A stretch of 64,000 nucleotides of DNA from an uncultured Clostridia bacterium (GTDB taxonomy: Bacteria > Bacillota > Clostridia > Christensenellales > UBA1242): NCBI GenBank assembly GCA_944381175.1, contig CALWKD010000020.1, positions 22,888 through 86,887 on the forward strand, in the 5' to 3' direction. Below, one piece after another: positions 10,601 to 19,418 of the stretch (the first letter of the stretch is position 1; each line of letters opens with the position of its first letter). The notes beneath the pieces are model-generated. The model did no database searches and had not been told where the DNA came from. It saw only the letters and a program-made list of their open reading frames with translations. The translations under genes were made by a program, and so were the position numbers.

Positions 10601-12882
10601 CAGAGGTTTTGGACAATTACATTTTCACGGTTGTCGACGAAGATTTCAATGAAATTCAAGGCGAATTTGTTGTCTCAGAGGGCGAGGCCGAAAGACAAGT
10701 CAAAGTGACCTTCAGTGAGTTCGACGGTCAAGTTGAGGCAAAAGTTCAAACTTTGACGGTCTATGTGACGAGAATAAACACACTAAACAGCGTCATCAAA
10801 TCATTTGGGCAATCTTTGGAAATTACAAAACTCAAGACCATTGAGCCAAGTGATTATGTCATCACCTCAGATGACAGAGATCCAAATGTTGAGGTGCTTG
10901 ATTTGTCAGATTACTTCACACAGAACCCATCAAATGAGGTCACACTTTTGGTTTATCAAACTCCAGAAAAGACCGACACACCTTTGTCATTCACATTCAC
11001 TGCAAGCAGAAACAAACTCTATATTCTTGGAGAAAAGGATGAGTCGATCGGCGGAATGACGGATGGCTTTGTCGGAAAGATTGTCGTTGGGCAAGACTCA
11101 AGGACCACTTTGGTCTTCAGTGTCAAGAATGTAAGTTTGGCAAACTGCCTGTTCAGCGATTTGAGTAATGACATAATTCTCCAGCGTTCGACTTGGCAGG
11201 ACGGTTCAATCACTTGGAATGGAGAAAAACAACAATTTGAATGGACTTATGAAGGATACAATGCACTTGGACCAAGACAAAGTGCAACTCAAGTCAAAGT
11301 CTCTATCAAGACAAATAAAGAGGCAACTCTGTATGTCGACCAAGACCTTTCTATTGAGGCGACCGAGGGTGAGACAAGTATCCCTGAAAACACAGAAATC
11401 ACTATTGATGAGACCTATGAAAACTCTTCAAAGGTGACCTATCTTGGAAATTCTTATTACATAAGCAATTCCGACTTTGGCGAAGTGATTGATGTGGTTG
11501 AGGAGACCGAACTTCCTGCTGGGGCGTTGTACAAAGTTGTTGAGGTTATTTCGGAAGACCAGACACTTATTCAAGAAGAGAATGGCAACCTCTACATCAT
11601 CCCGACATCTGCAGTTGTCAGCCCAGTGTACATCATTGAAGCAACTTATGGTGAGGGAGATTCTCAAATTGTCAGAACTTATACCACAACAAACACCTAT
11701 TTTGTTCCGACGATTGTTGGAAAGGTCGGAATCACAATCAAAATTAAATTGGGTGAGTCAAACATTCAGTCCGATGCGATTGCATACAATGACGGCGAAA
11801 TGGTTGATTTCAACTTGTTTGACGGCGGTCAAGGAACTGCACAAAGTCCATACTTGATTTCCACTGAAGAACAATTCAAAAACATCTCTTACAGGCTCTC
11901 AAAAGAAAGTTATTTGACCCAATACTCTGAAAACGGAAATATGAGGACAGAGGAAGGAAAATATTATTTTGCTTTGCAGGGCAACATCACTTTGACCGAG
12001 AATTTGCACGGAATTTTGTTTGAGGGAGTCTTCACTGGGCAGATTGACGGAAATGACTTCACTCTTGAATATGTAAACAATGGAGTGTCCCAACTCAAAA
12101 ATGGTGCAGTGACAATCAGCGAAGGGAATGTTGTGAGTACAAGCGACACTTCAAGCACCGCCATAAGTTATGGTGCGGCAGTTTTTGAAACCTTTTCTTC
12201 AAGTGCGGTTGTGCAAAATCTAAACTTGAAAGTGACTTTAAAGACTCCACTTCCAGAAGACCCGTCGGGCACAACTTCGACCGTTTACATCACAAGAAAT
12301 TCCCTCATTTCTGGGCTTGTCATAACAAACTCGGGAAGAATTGAGAATGTGAATTTGACAAGTTTCTCAAGTGATTTTGTGGGACTTGCGAGCAGGACTT
12401 CAAGAGTTATGATGATTTACAGTGGAATTGCCTCAATAAACACTGGGGTAAACGCGACAATCACAAACTGCTCGATGAATGCAAATATGACGATAAGCGA
12501 CTACAATATCGCACAGTTCATCTTCGTCGGCGGAATTGCGTTCACAAACTATGCGACGATTGACAGATGTTATGCTGGAGATGACTCTTCGGTTAAGTCA
12601 ATAAATGTCATTGGACAAAACGAGTCTGATGTTGTGCAAGTTGCTGGAATTGTTGTGACAAATGCGTCCTACTCCACTTTGCAAAACTGCATAAATTATG
12701 CAAATTTGACAGTTTCTGCACAAAATGAAAACGCAGACTTCGTTGCATACATTGCTGGTGTGACAGATTATGCAAGCGGAACGGTGCAGTACAATCAAAA
12801 CTTGGGGGCAATTTCCGCAAGCAATATCTTGGAGAACAAACTTCACAAGGGTGATGTTTACGTCGGAGACAGCGACAATTAG
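1618..12882 (+). CDS. Giant (~3,754 aa) acidic lipoprotein with tandem FnIII/Ig-like repeats and a C-terminal GLUG/Zmp-type module
   Basis: Start reassigned to ATG 1618 (SD GAGGGAG). MKKFK + hydrophobic stretch + lipobox LVAC. Recurrent [LI][ST]W...Y repeats (LTWEP, LSWSG, ISWDA, ITWND, LSWTN, MTWNA). GGQGTAQSPYLISTEEQF...FTGQIDGN begins near 11824. Confidence 0.85.
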   Translation: MKKFKIVLMSAFMLMLGSFLVACDFKSPEASFTNEELVVSIDENINLDEYLTVKEVEKSSIDYKLENSSLFDVDGRNIIAKQSGKSYVYATYKNNILSSMQIIVKSSFPSPTFSSEPLSDDGILTWEPVFAYYDGELVTPSQYRVEGVCVVYSADDPSVVEEKIEINETTTTNSLQLENYGLYSVTVTALGTGYFDDSAPSVLLEDLAFGYVEPAKDFALSEDGVLSWSGEDGTNFAVKFDGVELAQRQTEMSFDLSSYLASEEAGVHTVRVISYDPNGLLLATESEEISITKYDLPTAQYSYNSTSGGNIEVSVQESVGRYEFEFVSETDQTSEKFVVENAGENILSSFDELETGLYTLKVRALPNITSSNIEGEFFFKSDAFELGKVYKLPTAEIDGAGGNEIDGENFAVNLSSEELPFDVLLNIEGLGTTTLVEGFEKGQTYFNFLMQISNAGVYDISLRQIPTSETNLVGEENVYVLNSSKSNTLNVTKVGTISGEIAHKYNENVSEFTFAKVGNATNYILQIGGGSNYADVPNENYEVEIGEEDVTIKLTAKIEDLFDTISVEGKNIFDFRVIAKTANDTLAINSSKIKQIERLNAPSSAGSGNTESKIYSWTSAEEGVGSFKVELYKIDKDLYESNQDEINIDTSSLSDIGSVTEETQIEIVEVGYYYAKVYSLTADENNYISSADALEEVFYICEQLKVEDVKFGNNGTNYLVSILNSENVDEYEILLNDAPLGRASVTSDERTPFLVAENFDVSGEEYRISVVAHSDDERIYNASTAYEFIVERLPRVVRGDIQLGGLSLVADPIDMTATSFAQDISISAIEGAKGVRIWNGSGTSAGSETETSAKLSIANKSNVELNFRFFGSAMEDEFYVMEANKIYLTGETSTFTFTRLQTPTNLAYYDGKLRLEHTSTTSTSYYVLTLVCVGLNNQAQYITIQLDNTTASISGNVVTIDIEKVIENLTAEQEAIYNQSAEIGFAVFAYADRLDGSVVTFCSNYATTRLDNSSVICVVDKMASTTLSIDYQTSQTDYILSWSAIGTNSAYESETKYSVLLDGSEVGEDVSSLSRSFSVDEFDNSTYYEFSVIAKNPYYIQSDTSNIIRIYKLNSISRLRLFETGELGFDVSSSEQDFVDYVNVTTNSGVENNKTGKISISEDGKISLQVVGLKGVESGENRTTYYIDSVKTEWTLANMSVLKPEDETVSYQNNTISWDAFASTENLQCLRYILMFVDENGNKATYKTTNTSENLTTNTDLYNSISALSGEVSIYVSAYLETTADSVSGDNAYVVDAGQTIYYALNTSLPTEETNNNYYVYSNHATITKYSTPKISDVVFDDGELENAQFSDIEIVFEGNYGASGRFNIYLNDQYLRYEDITASDGKYSFTLTADDYNLKVGAGETLKVGIIALSEENIPSSIGSVNIIRANEIESVEFVQSEAGEFSHKIKIEFSTTDYTSGGVVLKFTYKPTGADEESQYILIPINEVLEGAEYDLGDVINQVVEGNKILANDGTVQLSAFVGNYSYAGEEQGTFYLACPTSTTSQEYQILEAVGEVEKASGGFVISDAINSDETIYVVECNGVLFEVTKTNGQFYFEFPRGGEWTNGQYNLTIYAKQANFLNSVTNEVSFELNRMPSVSNVILSRPNADDLSEITITWNDVAGATGYVFRLYLASDIERENLLYEYVEDRTKSTGSTIVNSCTFVDMFGEGYEKLLQAGQIDVFDLMVDQKLVIDLFVKGTTEDNDSNTFSFNATIKGNAIEIDDIDVNEYGNITFNAVAGETYLYRFVGVDGTVLQNWTKVVADSDNIKIDTDKITAEGGTYYNMEIFVVGGIVESPVSATFDGLTFDSVSFTTYGTGRSFVVGTDIVDLGYIEAENNVDFAFELMTGTYSKLFVGLSEDALMNGQVAGFVPTLVTSGSDNLQEICSYPLSMIFDALNDIGQKVTPSESDIVLYFWAYKEYAPDDLENSYTISHASSCAVRYTSDVDFIEIKKLGEVSDNSKYMEDYANTFALFENNDDSNNTTVGIYVKISSITLDEIALDDEDEESQEGEEELPSDTNEPFETIYFVEKADLLSVDYFLEDGNFVINLTSLFEQGELASLSGKFKIEFAVLSTTNDTGETKFVLSDWLGQANGKEFIFERLKRVEALILSAGNLSWTNEEENAQRYYVYFIEELNDDNSLGDAYVYDTTTVTIYDASSFVGVGNSYYLAVRSVNEDPYVISSQLVFVTSNSIPIKVQKNQINSPLKLENGKLYFELEEGQDFVNYIKSCAETTDAVEQLLEQTFTSPFTFNLTDLVNGTIFARLRFTSLAQGVEGKAQTFDINARDLISSIFDLGELYSTKLDALISNAGSSDAIAKLTAFKTLMEDGNMGVGNYKLLFDDRFESLQTGEYKLDYCLLGNSSTLTSIWYNYENENGENSIYINNEPKVQALKQADANYKAINYYKVLVKKSEIYSQVGGELVSSLAENYVMKIYNDVGEYYSFSITKGVNNYSLYLIGSETDQTVSVYEANENGVQTSGGDYLMFYLNQNNSNSILGRYGDEIPIGTYKMQIFAVGNNYSVSSKSSLFNLVLYGFGSDFQLNNGEFSWTAQRNTKTTVVYKKHTSVGEDLVQVETTAATARYSLDDGGYGLYDYVEFLVVGDVYSNNIFVDSEIYYVPNVYKLANPVLSNTNGLIEINDTQNANFEGLNGCYSDIGLYNYRLYNDVSTSSNFYTFTDQNNAQSSIFYETGTTGLSQTSSYYSYKSTEKDASQFYVASIGSSATFEIEDFMLQTGGSEFYMKNVYCIDSTTGEPIKDSSIGVAVRSNFATLDARMMDEITNVEIVDGVMTWNAVTGRAEDGLTIPTTGDQRVVYRVIIKQYDLSNGESGEVENEYPNVIQHYTLETEFDFARIAEEELVKSAKYMKATIQAFSMNFSEDIPASSSYIELVEGGYAYGNVTYEGSTTFVLMGEGYLINSIERSTSIDEGSLHTENGDLVWTFTTDIQMLPSEVLDNYIFTVVDEDFNEIQGEFVVSEGEAERQVKVTFSEFDGQVEAKVQTLTVYVTRINTLNSVIKSFGQSLEITKLKTIEPSDYVITSDDRDPNVEVLDLSDYFTQNPSNEVTLLVYQTPEKTDTPLSFTFTASRNKLYILGEKDESIGGMTDGFVGKIVVGQDSRTTLVFSVKNVSLANCLFSDLSNDIILQRSTWQDGSITWNGEKQQFEWTYEGYNALGPRQSATQVKVSIKTNKEATLYVDQDLSIEATEGETSIPENTEITIDETYENSSKVTYLGNSYYISNSDFGEVIDVVEETELPAGALYKVVEVISEDQTLIQEENGNLYIIPTSAVVSPVYIIEATYGEGDSQIVRTYTTTNTYFVPTIVGKVGITIKIKLGESNIQSDAIAYNDGEMVDFNLFDGGQGTAQSPYLISTEEQFKNISYRLSKESYLTQYSENGNMRTEEGKYYFALQGNITLTENLHGILFEGVFTGQIDGNDFTLEYVNNGVSQLKNGAVTISEGNVVSTSDTSSTAISYGAAVFETFSSSAVVQNLNLKVTLKTPLPEDPSGTTSTVYITRNSLISGLVITNSGRIENVNLTSFSSDFVGLASRTSRVMMIYSGIASINTGVNATITNCSMNANMTISDYNIAQFIFVGGIAFTNYATIDRCYAGDDSSVKSINVIGQNESDVVQVAGIVVTNASYSTLQNCINYANLTVSAQNENADFVAYIAGVTDYASGTVQYNQNLGAISASNILENKLHKGDVYVGDSDN

Positions 12883-12926
12883 GCAAAAGAAGAATACGCA
12901 AAGAAATGAAAGAGTATAAATAGAGT

Positions 12927-13799
12927 ATGAAAAAAACTATTTATGCTCTTTTTTTGTTGATTTTGTGCGTAGGTATTTTTCCTTGCAACTTTGCATCGGC
13001 AGAAAATGACGAAATTTTTGAAAAAAATGCTTTCAGAATAGTCAGAAAATCATATTTAACTGGTGAAATTTCGCTTTCTTACATCTTTCCATTGAATTCC
13101 GAGTTAATGGAAGCGGAAAGTTTTTCTGAAAACGAAATTCAAACGTTCAGATTCTATCTCGCCTCATATGTGAATGCCTTGGCAAAGTCAAACTCCGAGA
13201 AAACTCTTGACGGGGTCTTGGTGAGCGGGTGCGAATATTACACAGATGTTGACGGAATAGGTTTTTCGATTATGTTTGAAAATCTTGAAGCACAAAAAAA
13301 GTTTTTTGGCGTAACTGACGAGAGTTCTCAAAGTGGACAAAATCAGACCTCTTCTGGTTTTTTTATCAAAAAAACTGAAATCAAGACCACTTTTCCAATC
13401 TCTTCCTCAAAATCTGCTGGAGATTTGAAAATGGTTTGCTTGATGGCAGTTTCCTCTTGGTGCAACAATTTTGACCTTTCGGAAGAGAAAAAGAGCGTTT
13501 TAAGTGGGAGTTATGAAAACTCAATTTTTATCTATGATTTCGCGACGCAAGTGAGTGGGCTGAAATCGGAAGTTATGTATGAGGACGAAAACTTTTATCA
13601 CAATGTCTTTTGCAAGTCGCTCGGGGAGATTGAGTCCGACCCAAGCATCACCTTTTGGGTCACGAGCGTAAATAAAGGAGTTTGGTATATCTTGGCGATT
13701 GTGGTTGTGATAACGGGGATGATAGTGGCTGGAGGAGTGCTTTATTTGAAGAAAAACAAGAAAAAATCGCAAAAAATCAACACTAATAAAAATATTTAA
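12927..13799 (+). CDS. Uncharacterised exported protein with signal peptide and C-terminal TM anchor
   Basis: N-terminal signal peptide ending FASA. C-terminal WYILAIVVVITGMIVAGGVLYL followed by a Lys-rich tail. Confidence 0.75.
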   Translation: MKKTIYALFLLILCVGIFPCNFASAENDEIFEKNAFRIVRKSYLTGEISLSYIFPLNSELMEAESFSENEIQTFRFYLASYVNALAKSNSEKTLDGVLVSGCEYYTDVDGIGFSIMFENLEAQKKFFGVTDESSQSGQNQTSSGFFIKKTEIKTTFPISSSKSAGDLKMVCLMAVSSWCNNFDLSEEKKSVLSGSYENSIFIYDFATQVSGLKSEVMYEDENFYHNVFCKSLGEIESDPSITFWVTSVNKGVWYILAIVVVITGMIVAGGVLYLKKNKKKSQKINTNKNI

Positions 13800-13873
13800 G
13801 TTTTTTCTATTGTTTTTTGTTTCAAAAAATGGTAAAATAATTTGGTTATTTACGAAAAAAGGACAAGAAACAT

Positions 13874-15706
13874 ATGGAACAAAACAACATAAGAAATGTG
13901 GCTATTATTGCACACGTTGACCACGGCAAGACTTCGCTCGTCAACGAAATGCTTAAACAAGGAAATGTATTCAGAGAAAATCAGGTGGTTGAGGACAGGG
14001 TTATGGACTCAAACGCACTTGAAAGAGAAAGGGGCATAACAATTCTTTCAAAAAATACCTCTTGCTTTTTTGACGGCGTGAAAATCAATGTGGTGGACAC
14101 TCCTGGACACGCTGATTTCGGCGGAGAAGTTGAGAGAGTCTTGAAGATGGTCGATGGTGTGCTTTTGGTAGTTGATGCTTACGAGGGACCAATGCCTCAA
14201 ACCAGATTTGTTTTGGAAAAGGCACTCTCATTGAAACTTAAGGTCATTGTCGTTATAAACAAGATTGACAGACCAGACGCAAGAGTGAAGGAAGTTGTTG
14301 ATGAGGTCTTGGAACTGTTTTTGGAACTTGATGCAGATGAGGAACAACTCAATTCTCCTTTTGTTTTCGCTTCAGCAAGACAGGGAATTGCATCCACCGA
14401 CCCAAACACTTTGGGAAAAGATATGAAACCACTGTTTGAAACGATAATAAGTTACATCCCAGCGCCAGAGGGAAGTGCGAGCGAACCTTTGAAAATGCTT
14501 ATCTCTTCTGCAGAACACAATGATTATGTTGGAAAACTTGCTGTTGGGAAGATTGAAAGAGGAACAATTAAGGTTGGGCAAAATGTCGTTGTGTGCAACT
14601 ATCACGAGCAAGACAAAAAGAAAAAGTCCAAGATTGTCAGTCTGTTTGTTTATGAAGGGCTCAAGCGTGTGCCTGTCGAAAGTGCAAGCGTGGGCGAAAT
14701 TGTTTGCGTTGCAGGACTTGAAGATGTCCAAATCGGCGACACAATTTGTGATGAGAACAACATTGAACCAATCGAATTTGTCAAGATTGCAGAGCCAAGC
14801 GTTGAGATGACATTTATGGTTAATGACAGTCCGTTTGCTGGTCAAGAAGGCAAATTTGTCACCTCAAGACACCTTAGAGACAGGCTTTACAAAGAGGCTG
14901 TCAAAGATTTGTCACTCAGAGTTGAGGACGGAGACACCGCTGACAAGTTTAGGGTTAGAGGCAGAGGCGAAATGCATCTTTCAATTCTTATTGAGAATAT
15001 GAGAAGAGACGGATATGAGTTTCAAGTTAGCCAGCCGAAAGTTTTGATTAAAGAGATTGATGGCGTCAAATGCGAGCCTGTTGACAGACTTTTTCTTGAT
15101 GTTCCAGAGGACTGCGTCGGCACTGTTATGAACAAAATGGGCGTGCGAAAAGGTGATTTGCAAAATATGACACCGCACGGAAGCAGAATGAGAATGGAAT
15201 TTTTGATTCCTTCTCGTGGACTTTTTGGCTTCAAGTCGGAATTTTTGACAGATACAAGAGGAGAGGGTGTGATAAACTCAATCTTCTTTGAATACCAACC
15301 ATACAAGGGCGAGATAAACAGAAGAGAGGTTGGCTCTTTGATTGCGCACGAGACGGGCAAAGCGATTGTTTATGGACTTTACAACGCGCAGGAGAGGGGG
15401 GAACTCTTCATCGGGCCTGGCGTTCCAGTTTATGGTGGGATGGTCGTTGGGAGCAACCCAAAAGGCGGAGATATTGTCGTGAATGTCTGCAAAGAGAAAC
15501 ATCTTTCAAACTGCCGTTCTTCTGGGGCTGACGAGGCACTCCGACTTACTCCTCCAAGAGTTATGAGTCTTGAAGATTGCATAGAGTTTTTGGGAGATGA
15601 TGAATATCTCGAAGTGACTCCAAAATCAATTCGCATAAGAAAAATCATTCTTGACCACAATATGCGTTTGCGTGAGAGAGGCAAGGCAATTCGTGGCGAA
15701 ATTTAG
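13874..15706 (+). CDS. typA: Ribosome-associated GTPase TypA/BipA
   Basis: [42 protein letters not shown] and [11 protein letters not shown] motifs; 610 aa. Confidence 0.97.
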   Translation: MEQNNIRNVAIIAHVDHGKTSLVNEMLKQGNVFRENQVVEDRVMDSNALERERGITILSKNTSCFFDGVKINVVDTPGHADFGGEVERVLKMVDGVLLVVDAYEGPMPQTRFVLEKALSLKLKVIVVINKIDRPDARVKEVVDEVLELFLELDADEEQLNSPFVFASARQGIASTDPNTLGKDMKPLFETIISYIPAPEGSASEPLKMLISSAEHNDYVGKLAVGKIERGTIKVGQNVVVCNYHEQDKKKKSKIVSLFVYEGLKRVPVESASVGEIVCVAGLEDVQIGDTICDENNIEPIEFVKIAEPSVEMTFMVNDSPFAGQEGKFVTSRHLRDRLYKEAVKDLSLRVEDGDTADKFRVRGRGEMHLSILIENMRRDGYEFQVSQPKVLIKEIDGVKCEPVDRLFLDVPEDCVGTVMNKMGVRKGDLQNMTPHGSRMRMEFLIPSRGLFGFKSEFLTDTRGEGVINSIFFEYQPYKGEINRREVGSLIAHETGKAIVYGLYNAQERGELFIGPGVPVYGGMVVGSNPKGGDIVVNVCKEKHLSNCRSSGADEALRLTPPRVMSLEDCIEFLGDDEYLEVTPKSIRIRKIILDHNMRLRERGKAIRGEI

Positions 15707-15707
15707 G

Positions 15708-15737
15708 AAAAGAGCAATTTGCTCTTTTTTTCTTTTT
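15708..15737 (+). terminator. Intrinsic terminator after typA
   Basis: AAAAGAGCA-att-TGCTCTTTT followed by a T run. Confidence 0.8.
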
Positions 15738-15808
15738 GGTGTTTGAGAGGGTATTACAATTTTGAAGTTAAATTGCAATATAATTGCCTTTTAAATCTTT
15801 CTTAAAAA

Positions 15809-15837
15809 TTGACAAAAGTGATAATTGCTGGTATACT
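15809..15837 (+). promoter_or_regulatory. Near-consensus sigma-A promoter of the dnaB operon
   Basis: TTGACA-17 nt-TATACT with an extended -10 TG. Confidence 0.8.
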
Positions 15838-15856
15838 AGTTTTCAATAAAGGAGAA

Positions 15857-16111
15857 ATGGTGAGGTCAAGCGAAAAACAAGAACTTAAAAAGAAAATCCA
15901 AAGACTTGGGCTTTTTTTGCTCATAGTCTTTTTGCCAGTGCTTGTGGTTGCAATTGTGCTTGCTTATCTGCAAGTGTCACAATGGCTGAATATTTTGGTC
16001 TTGGTGATATTGCTTTTTCTTTTGTTTTTCCTATTTTCGTTTGTCTGCGGGAAACTTGATGCTCGAAAAAAGGCGAGAATGGACAAAAAGAGAGACCCAT
16101 TTTCTGATTAA
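15857..16111 (+). CDS. Small two-TM membrane protein (~84 aa)
   Basis: Start moved to ATG 15857 (or GTG 15860) after AAGGAG, because the ORF-track TTG start is the promoter -35 box. Two hydrophobic helices and a basic tail. Confidence 0.7.
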   Translation: MVRSSEKQELKKKIQRLGLFLLIVFLPVLVVAIVLAYLQVSQWLNILVLVILLFLLFFLFSFVCGKLDARKKARMDKKRDPFSD

Positions 16112-16122
16112 AGGAGAAATTT

Positions 16123-17481
16123 ATGGCTGATTACAAGGTTTTGCCAAACAGTTTGGAAGCGGAACAAGCGTTGCTTGGTTGTATTCTTTTGGACAACGAT
16201 GCACAACTTGATATTTTTGGGAAGTTGGAAGCCGATGATTTTTATTCTGAGGCACACAAAAACATCTACCAGAGTATGACAACAATTTTTGAGAAAAGTA
16301 TTCCTGTCGACTTTGTAACGCTTACAAACCAACTTGAGATTGACAAAAAACTGGACACAATTGGTGGAATTGACTATGTGACATATCTTACAAATGTTGT
16401 GCCGTCTGCTGCAAACTATGAGCATTATCTTGATATTGTCAAAAACTGCTCGGCAAGACGACATTTGATTTCTGAGGCTCAAAACATAATTAAAAACGCT
16501 TTTGATGCTGAAGACGGTCAGCAAGCGATGCAATTTGCTGAGAAAAAGATTTTCGATTTGTCTCAAAAAGAGACCTCTTCCGAACTTGAACTTGTTGGCA
16601 GGCCTGGCGGAACGCTTACAAATGTCTTGAAACAGATTTCAGAACTTGCCGAAAACAAGGGAAAAATGAGAGGGATTCCGACTGGTTATCGAGATTTTGA
16701 TGCGATCACAAACGGACTTCAAAAAAGTGACCTCATTTTGCTTGCGGCAAGACCTGGTGTCGGAAAAACATCCTTTGCGATGAATATTGCAGAATATGCA
16801 GCCATAAACGAAGGGAAGAAAGTTGCCATTTTCGACCTTGAAATGTCGAGAGAACAACTTATGCAAAGGGCGCTCTCTTCCGTAGGAAAGATTCCTCTCG
16901 GGAATGTGCTTAAAGGCACAATGGACAATGAGGAGTGGAAGAGACTTTGGACGGCGGAGAAGAAACTTGCCCAAAGTTCGATTTATGTCGACGACTCGTC
17001 AATGGTCACTCCTTTTGACATAATCTCAAAGTGTAGAAAACTCAAAATGACAGAAGGACTTGATTTGATTGTTATTGACTATCTTCAACTTATGACAATG
17101 GGAAAAGGTGGAAGAGAGTCTCGAACTCAAGAGGTCAGCGATTTGACAAGAACGCTGAAAGTTGCGGCGAAAGAACTCAATGTCCCAATCATATTGCTGT
17201 CACAGTTGTCTCGTGCGGTTGAACTTCGTGACGACCATAGACCAGTGCTCTCAGACTTGAGAGAGTCTGGGTCAATCGAACAAGATGCCGACATAGTTTT
17301 GTTCCTTTACAACCCAGAAAAATACAACGATGTCACCAGCGAGGACGAACCAGGAACGGTTTATCTTCTGATTGCAAAACACAGAAGTGGAAGCACGGGT
17401 GAAGTCAAACTTAGGTGGGTTGGCGAATACACAACTTACTTCAATATTGATGACAAGATTCAAATTGAAGAGCAGAGTTAG
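16123..17481 (+). CDS. dnaB: Replicative DNA helicase
   Basis: PNSLEAEQALLG, AARPGVGKT (Walker A), IDYLQL, SQLSR, LRESGSIEQDAD. Confidence 0.97.
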   Translation: MADYKVLPNSLEAEQALLGCILLDNDAQLDIFGKLEADDFYSEAHKNIYQSMTTIFEKSIPVDFVTLTNQLEIDKKLDTIGGIDYVTYLTNVVPSAANYEHYLDIVKNCSARRHLISEAQNIIKNAFDAEDGQQAMQFAEKKIFDLSQKETSSELELVGRPGGTLTNVLKQISELAENKGKMRGIPTGYRDFDAITNGLQKSDLILLAARPGVGKTSFAMNIAEYAAINEGKKVAIFDLEMSREQLMQRALSSVGKIPLGNVLKGTMDNEEWKRLWTAEKKLAQSSIYVDDSSMVTPFDIISKCRKLKMTEGLDLIVIDYLQLMTMGKGGRESRTQEVSDLTRTLKVAAKELNVPIILLSQLSRAVELRDDHRPVLSDLRESGSIEQDADIVLFLYNPEKYNDVTSEDEPGTVYLLIAKHRSGSTGEVKLRWVGEYTTYFNIDDKIQIEEQS

Positions 17482-17489
17482 GAGGAAAT

Positions 17490-18317
17490 ATGAAGAAGAA
17501 AGGCATTATCATTGTGGTGATATTGGCGGTGATTGCGATTGTGCTTGCGGTTGTCTTTATTATGCTTTTCAGGGATAAAGACACAACTGACTTATCGAAA
17601 GACCTAAACCAATCTGTCACTCAGGGTTATTTGGCGGAGGAGAAAGAAGAGTATCAAAAGGTTTACGCTTACCTTGTCGACTTTTCTGGTGTTGCAGGCA
17701 CGGACAACGAGGCATATGTTGAGGCAACAAACTTTTACAAGGCGTATGAAGCGTGTGCAAATATTGCTGAATTTTTCAACAATGAATTGCCATATATGGA
17801 GTATACAAAGACTTACAAAACCAGCCGAAAGGACATAAAAAACAACCTCGAATCAGCACAGGAGTCTGCCGAGAATCTTATTGAAAAAATTGAGAAGTAT
17901 AGCGAGGCGACTGGCGGAAGCGAACTTTGGCAGAGAGTCGTTTGGAACAACTGCAAAGAGTATGTTGAGGACATAATTTATGACACAATGAATGCACTGG
18001 AACTTTTGGCGGAAGTCTACAATGATTCGGTGGAGTCCGACCTATTGAACAACGATTTGACCGATGTGCTTTTTATGGGAATGAGATATTTAAACAAATC
18101 GTTTAGGAAAAATGTCTCAGTTTCAAACGAAAATGTTGGGGATAAACTTCTCACTTTCAGTCAGAATGCCTTTTCTCCAGACAATGTTGAACAAGCAATT
18201 ATTTCATATTCTTACAGTTCTGAGGCAAACAAAAACAAGATGAAAGACATTTTAGATAAGGGTAGTGAAAGCGGTTATTGGCCAGATGTTTTGAGTGGAA
18301 ACATTTTGTATTTTTAG
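17490..18317 (+). CDS. Uncharacterised N-terminally membrane-anchored alpha-helical protein
   Basis: AGGAGG SD; MKKK + 20-aa hydrophobic helix; helical-looking soluble part. Confidence 0.75.
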   Translation: MKKKGIIIVVILAVIAIVLAVVFIMLFRDKDTTDLSKDLNQSVTQGYLAEEKEEYQKVYAYLVDFSGVAGTDNEAYVEATNFYKAYEACANIAEFFNNELPYMEYTKTYKTSRKDIKNNLESAQESAENLIEKIEKYSEATGGSELWQRVVWNNCKEYVEDIIYDTMNALELLAEVYNDSVESDLLNNDLTDVLFMGMRYLNKSFRKNVSVSNENVGDKLLTFSQNAFSPDNVEQAIISYSYSSEANKNKMKDILDKGSESGYWPDVLSGNILYF

Positions 18318-18329
18318 TGAGGGAAAAGT

Positions 18330-19415
18330 ATGAAAAAGAAGTTTAAAAGTGTAATCTTGGGAATTGTTGTCGGAGTTGTTGGAATTTTCACCGCAGTTGG
18401 ACTTTCAGGTTGCGGAGCAGATTTGGACACATTGAAAGAGAATTATTCGGCGATGCAATCGAAGATTGAAAAGTATGATGAGGTTTTCAAAACTGAAACT
18501 GTCGATGGAATCCAGACGAACCTTAAAGTCGACTACGGCACTTTTGTAAATGGGAAACTCACGGATGGCGTGAGTGACAGTTTTGACGAATTGGAAACAA
18601 AATATAACTCAATTCTCATCATTTCAAATGACTACATCGTGCAAAATATAACATACATCCAAAATTATAACGAGAAAAATCTCTCAAAAGCGGCAAAAAA
18701 TTCGTTGGAGGATCTTTGCGATGATATTGAGGAATTCACTGATTATCTGAAAACTTTTGTTTCGGACAGAAATGCATTAAACAATTATTTCGAGCAGTTC
18801 CAAGGAGAAAATGAAGCACAAACACAGACAAAACTTGTCACATTCAAAAAGTCATATGGCAAACTCGTAAGCAAAAATTTGAGCATTTCAATGAGTTTGG
18901 CGTCTTGTATTGAGGCGACTGAAATTTATGACAGCCTCGAAAAAACTGAGGTTACTCCAACGACATTAAAAATTGTCAAAGAGTACACAAGAGCAAAAAT
19001 GCTTCCGATTTTCAGCAGATTTATGTTGAATGAGATTTCAAACCAGTTCAACTGGGCAAACTACAAAGATACAACAGAAACTCTTGTTGAGATTGACGCA
19101 CTCCTTACAAATCTTGAGAGCGTTTTCAACAATTCTTACAAGACCACTTTTGTGACAAGTCCAGACCCAACAACATTGCGAAAGGGGACGGTGAAGGAAC
19201 TTTTTGAGACGGTTGATGAATTTTTGATCGAGGCGGACAATTATTTTTCAGCGTTGAGTGACCTCGATATAAGGGAATTTGCAGTTTCGTATGAGGGAGA
19301 TATGCAAGAGTATCTCAAAGACAATGAATTGGCAGAGATTGATATTCACAAAATTGACCAATTCATAAAAATCACAATGCCAGCATTTATAACAGAATTT
19401 TCAAGCAGAATTTAG
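18330..19415 (+). CDS. Uncharacterised lipoprotein, alpha-helical
   Basis: Signal peptide with lipobox LSGC; heptad-like helical body. Confidence 0.75.
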   Translation: MKKKFKSVILGIVVGVVGIFTAVGLSGCGADLDTLKENYSAMQSKIEKYDEVFKTETVDGIQTNLKVDYGTFVNGKLTDGVSDSFDELETKYNSILIISNDYIVQNITYIQNYNEKNLSKAAKNSLEDLCDDIEEFTDYLKTFVSDRNALNNYFEQFQGENEAQTQTKLVTFKKSYGKLVSKNLSISMSLASCIEATEIYDSLEKTEVTPTTLKIVKEYTRAKMLPIFSRFMLNEISNQFNWANYKDTTETLVEIDALLTNLESVFNNSYKTTFVTSPDPTTLRKGTVKELFETVDEFLIEADNYFSALSDLDIREFAVSYEGDMQEYLKDNELAEIDIHKIDQFIKITMPAFITEFSSRI

Positions 19416-19418
19416 GAG

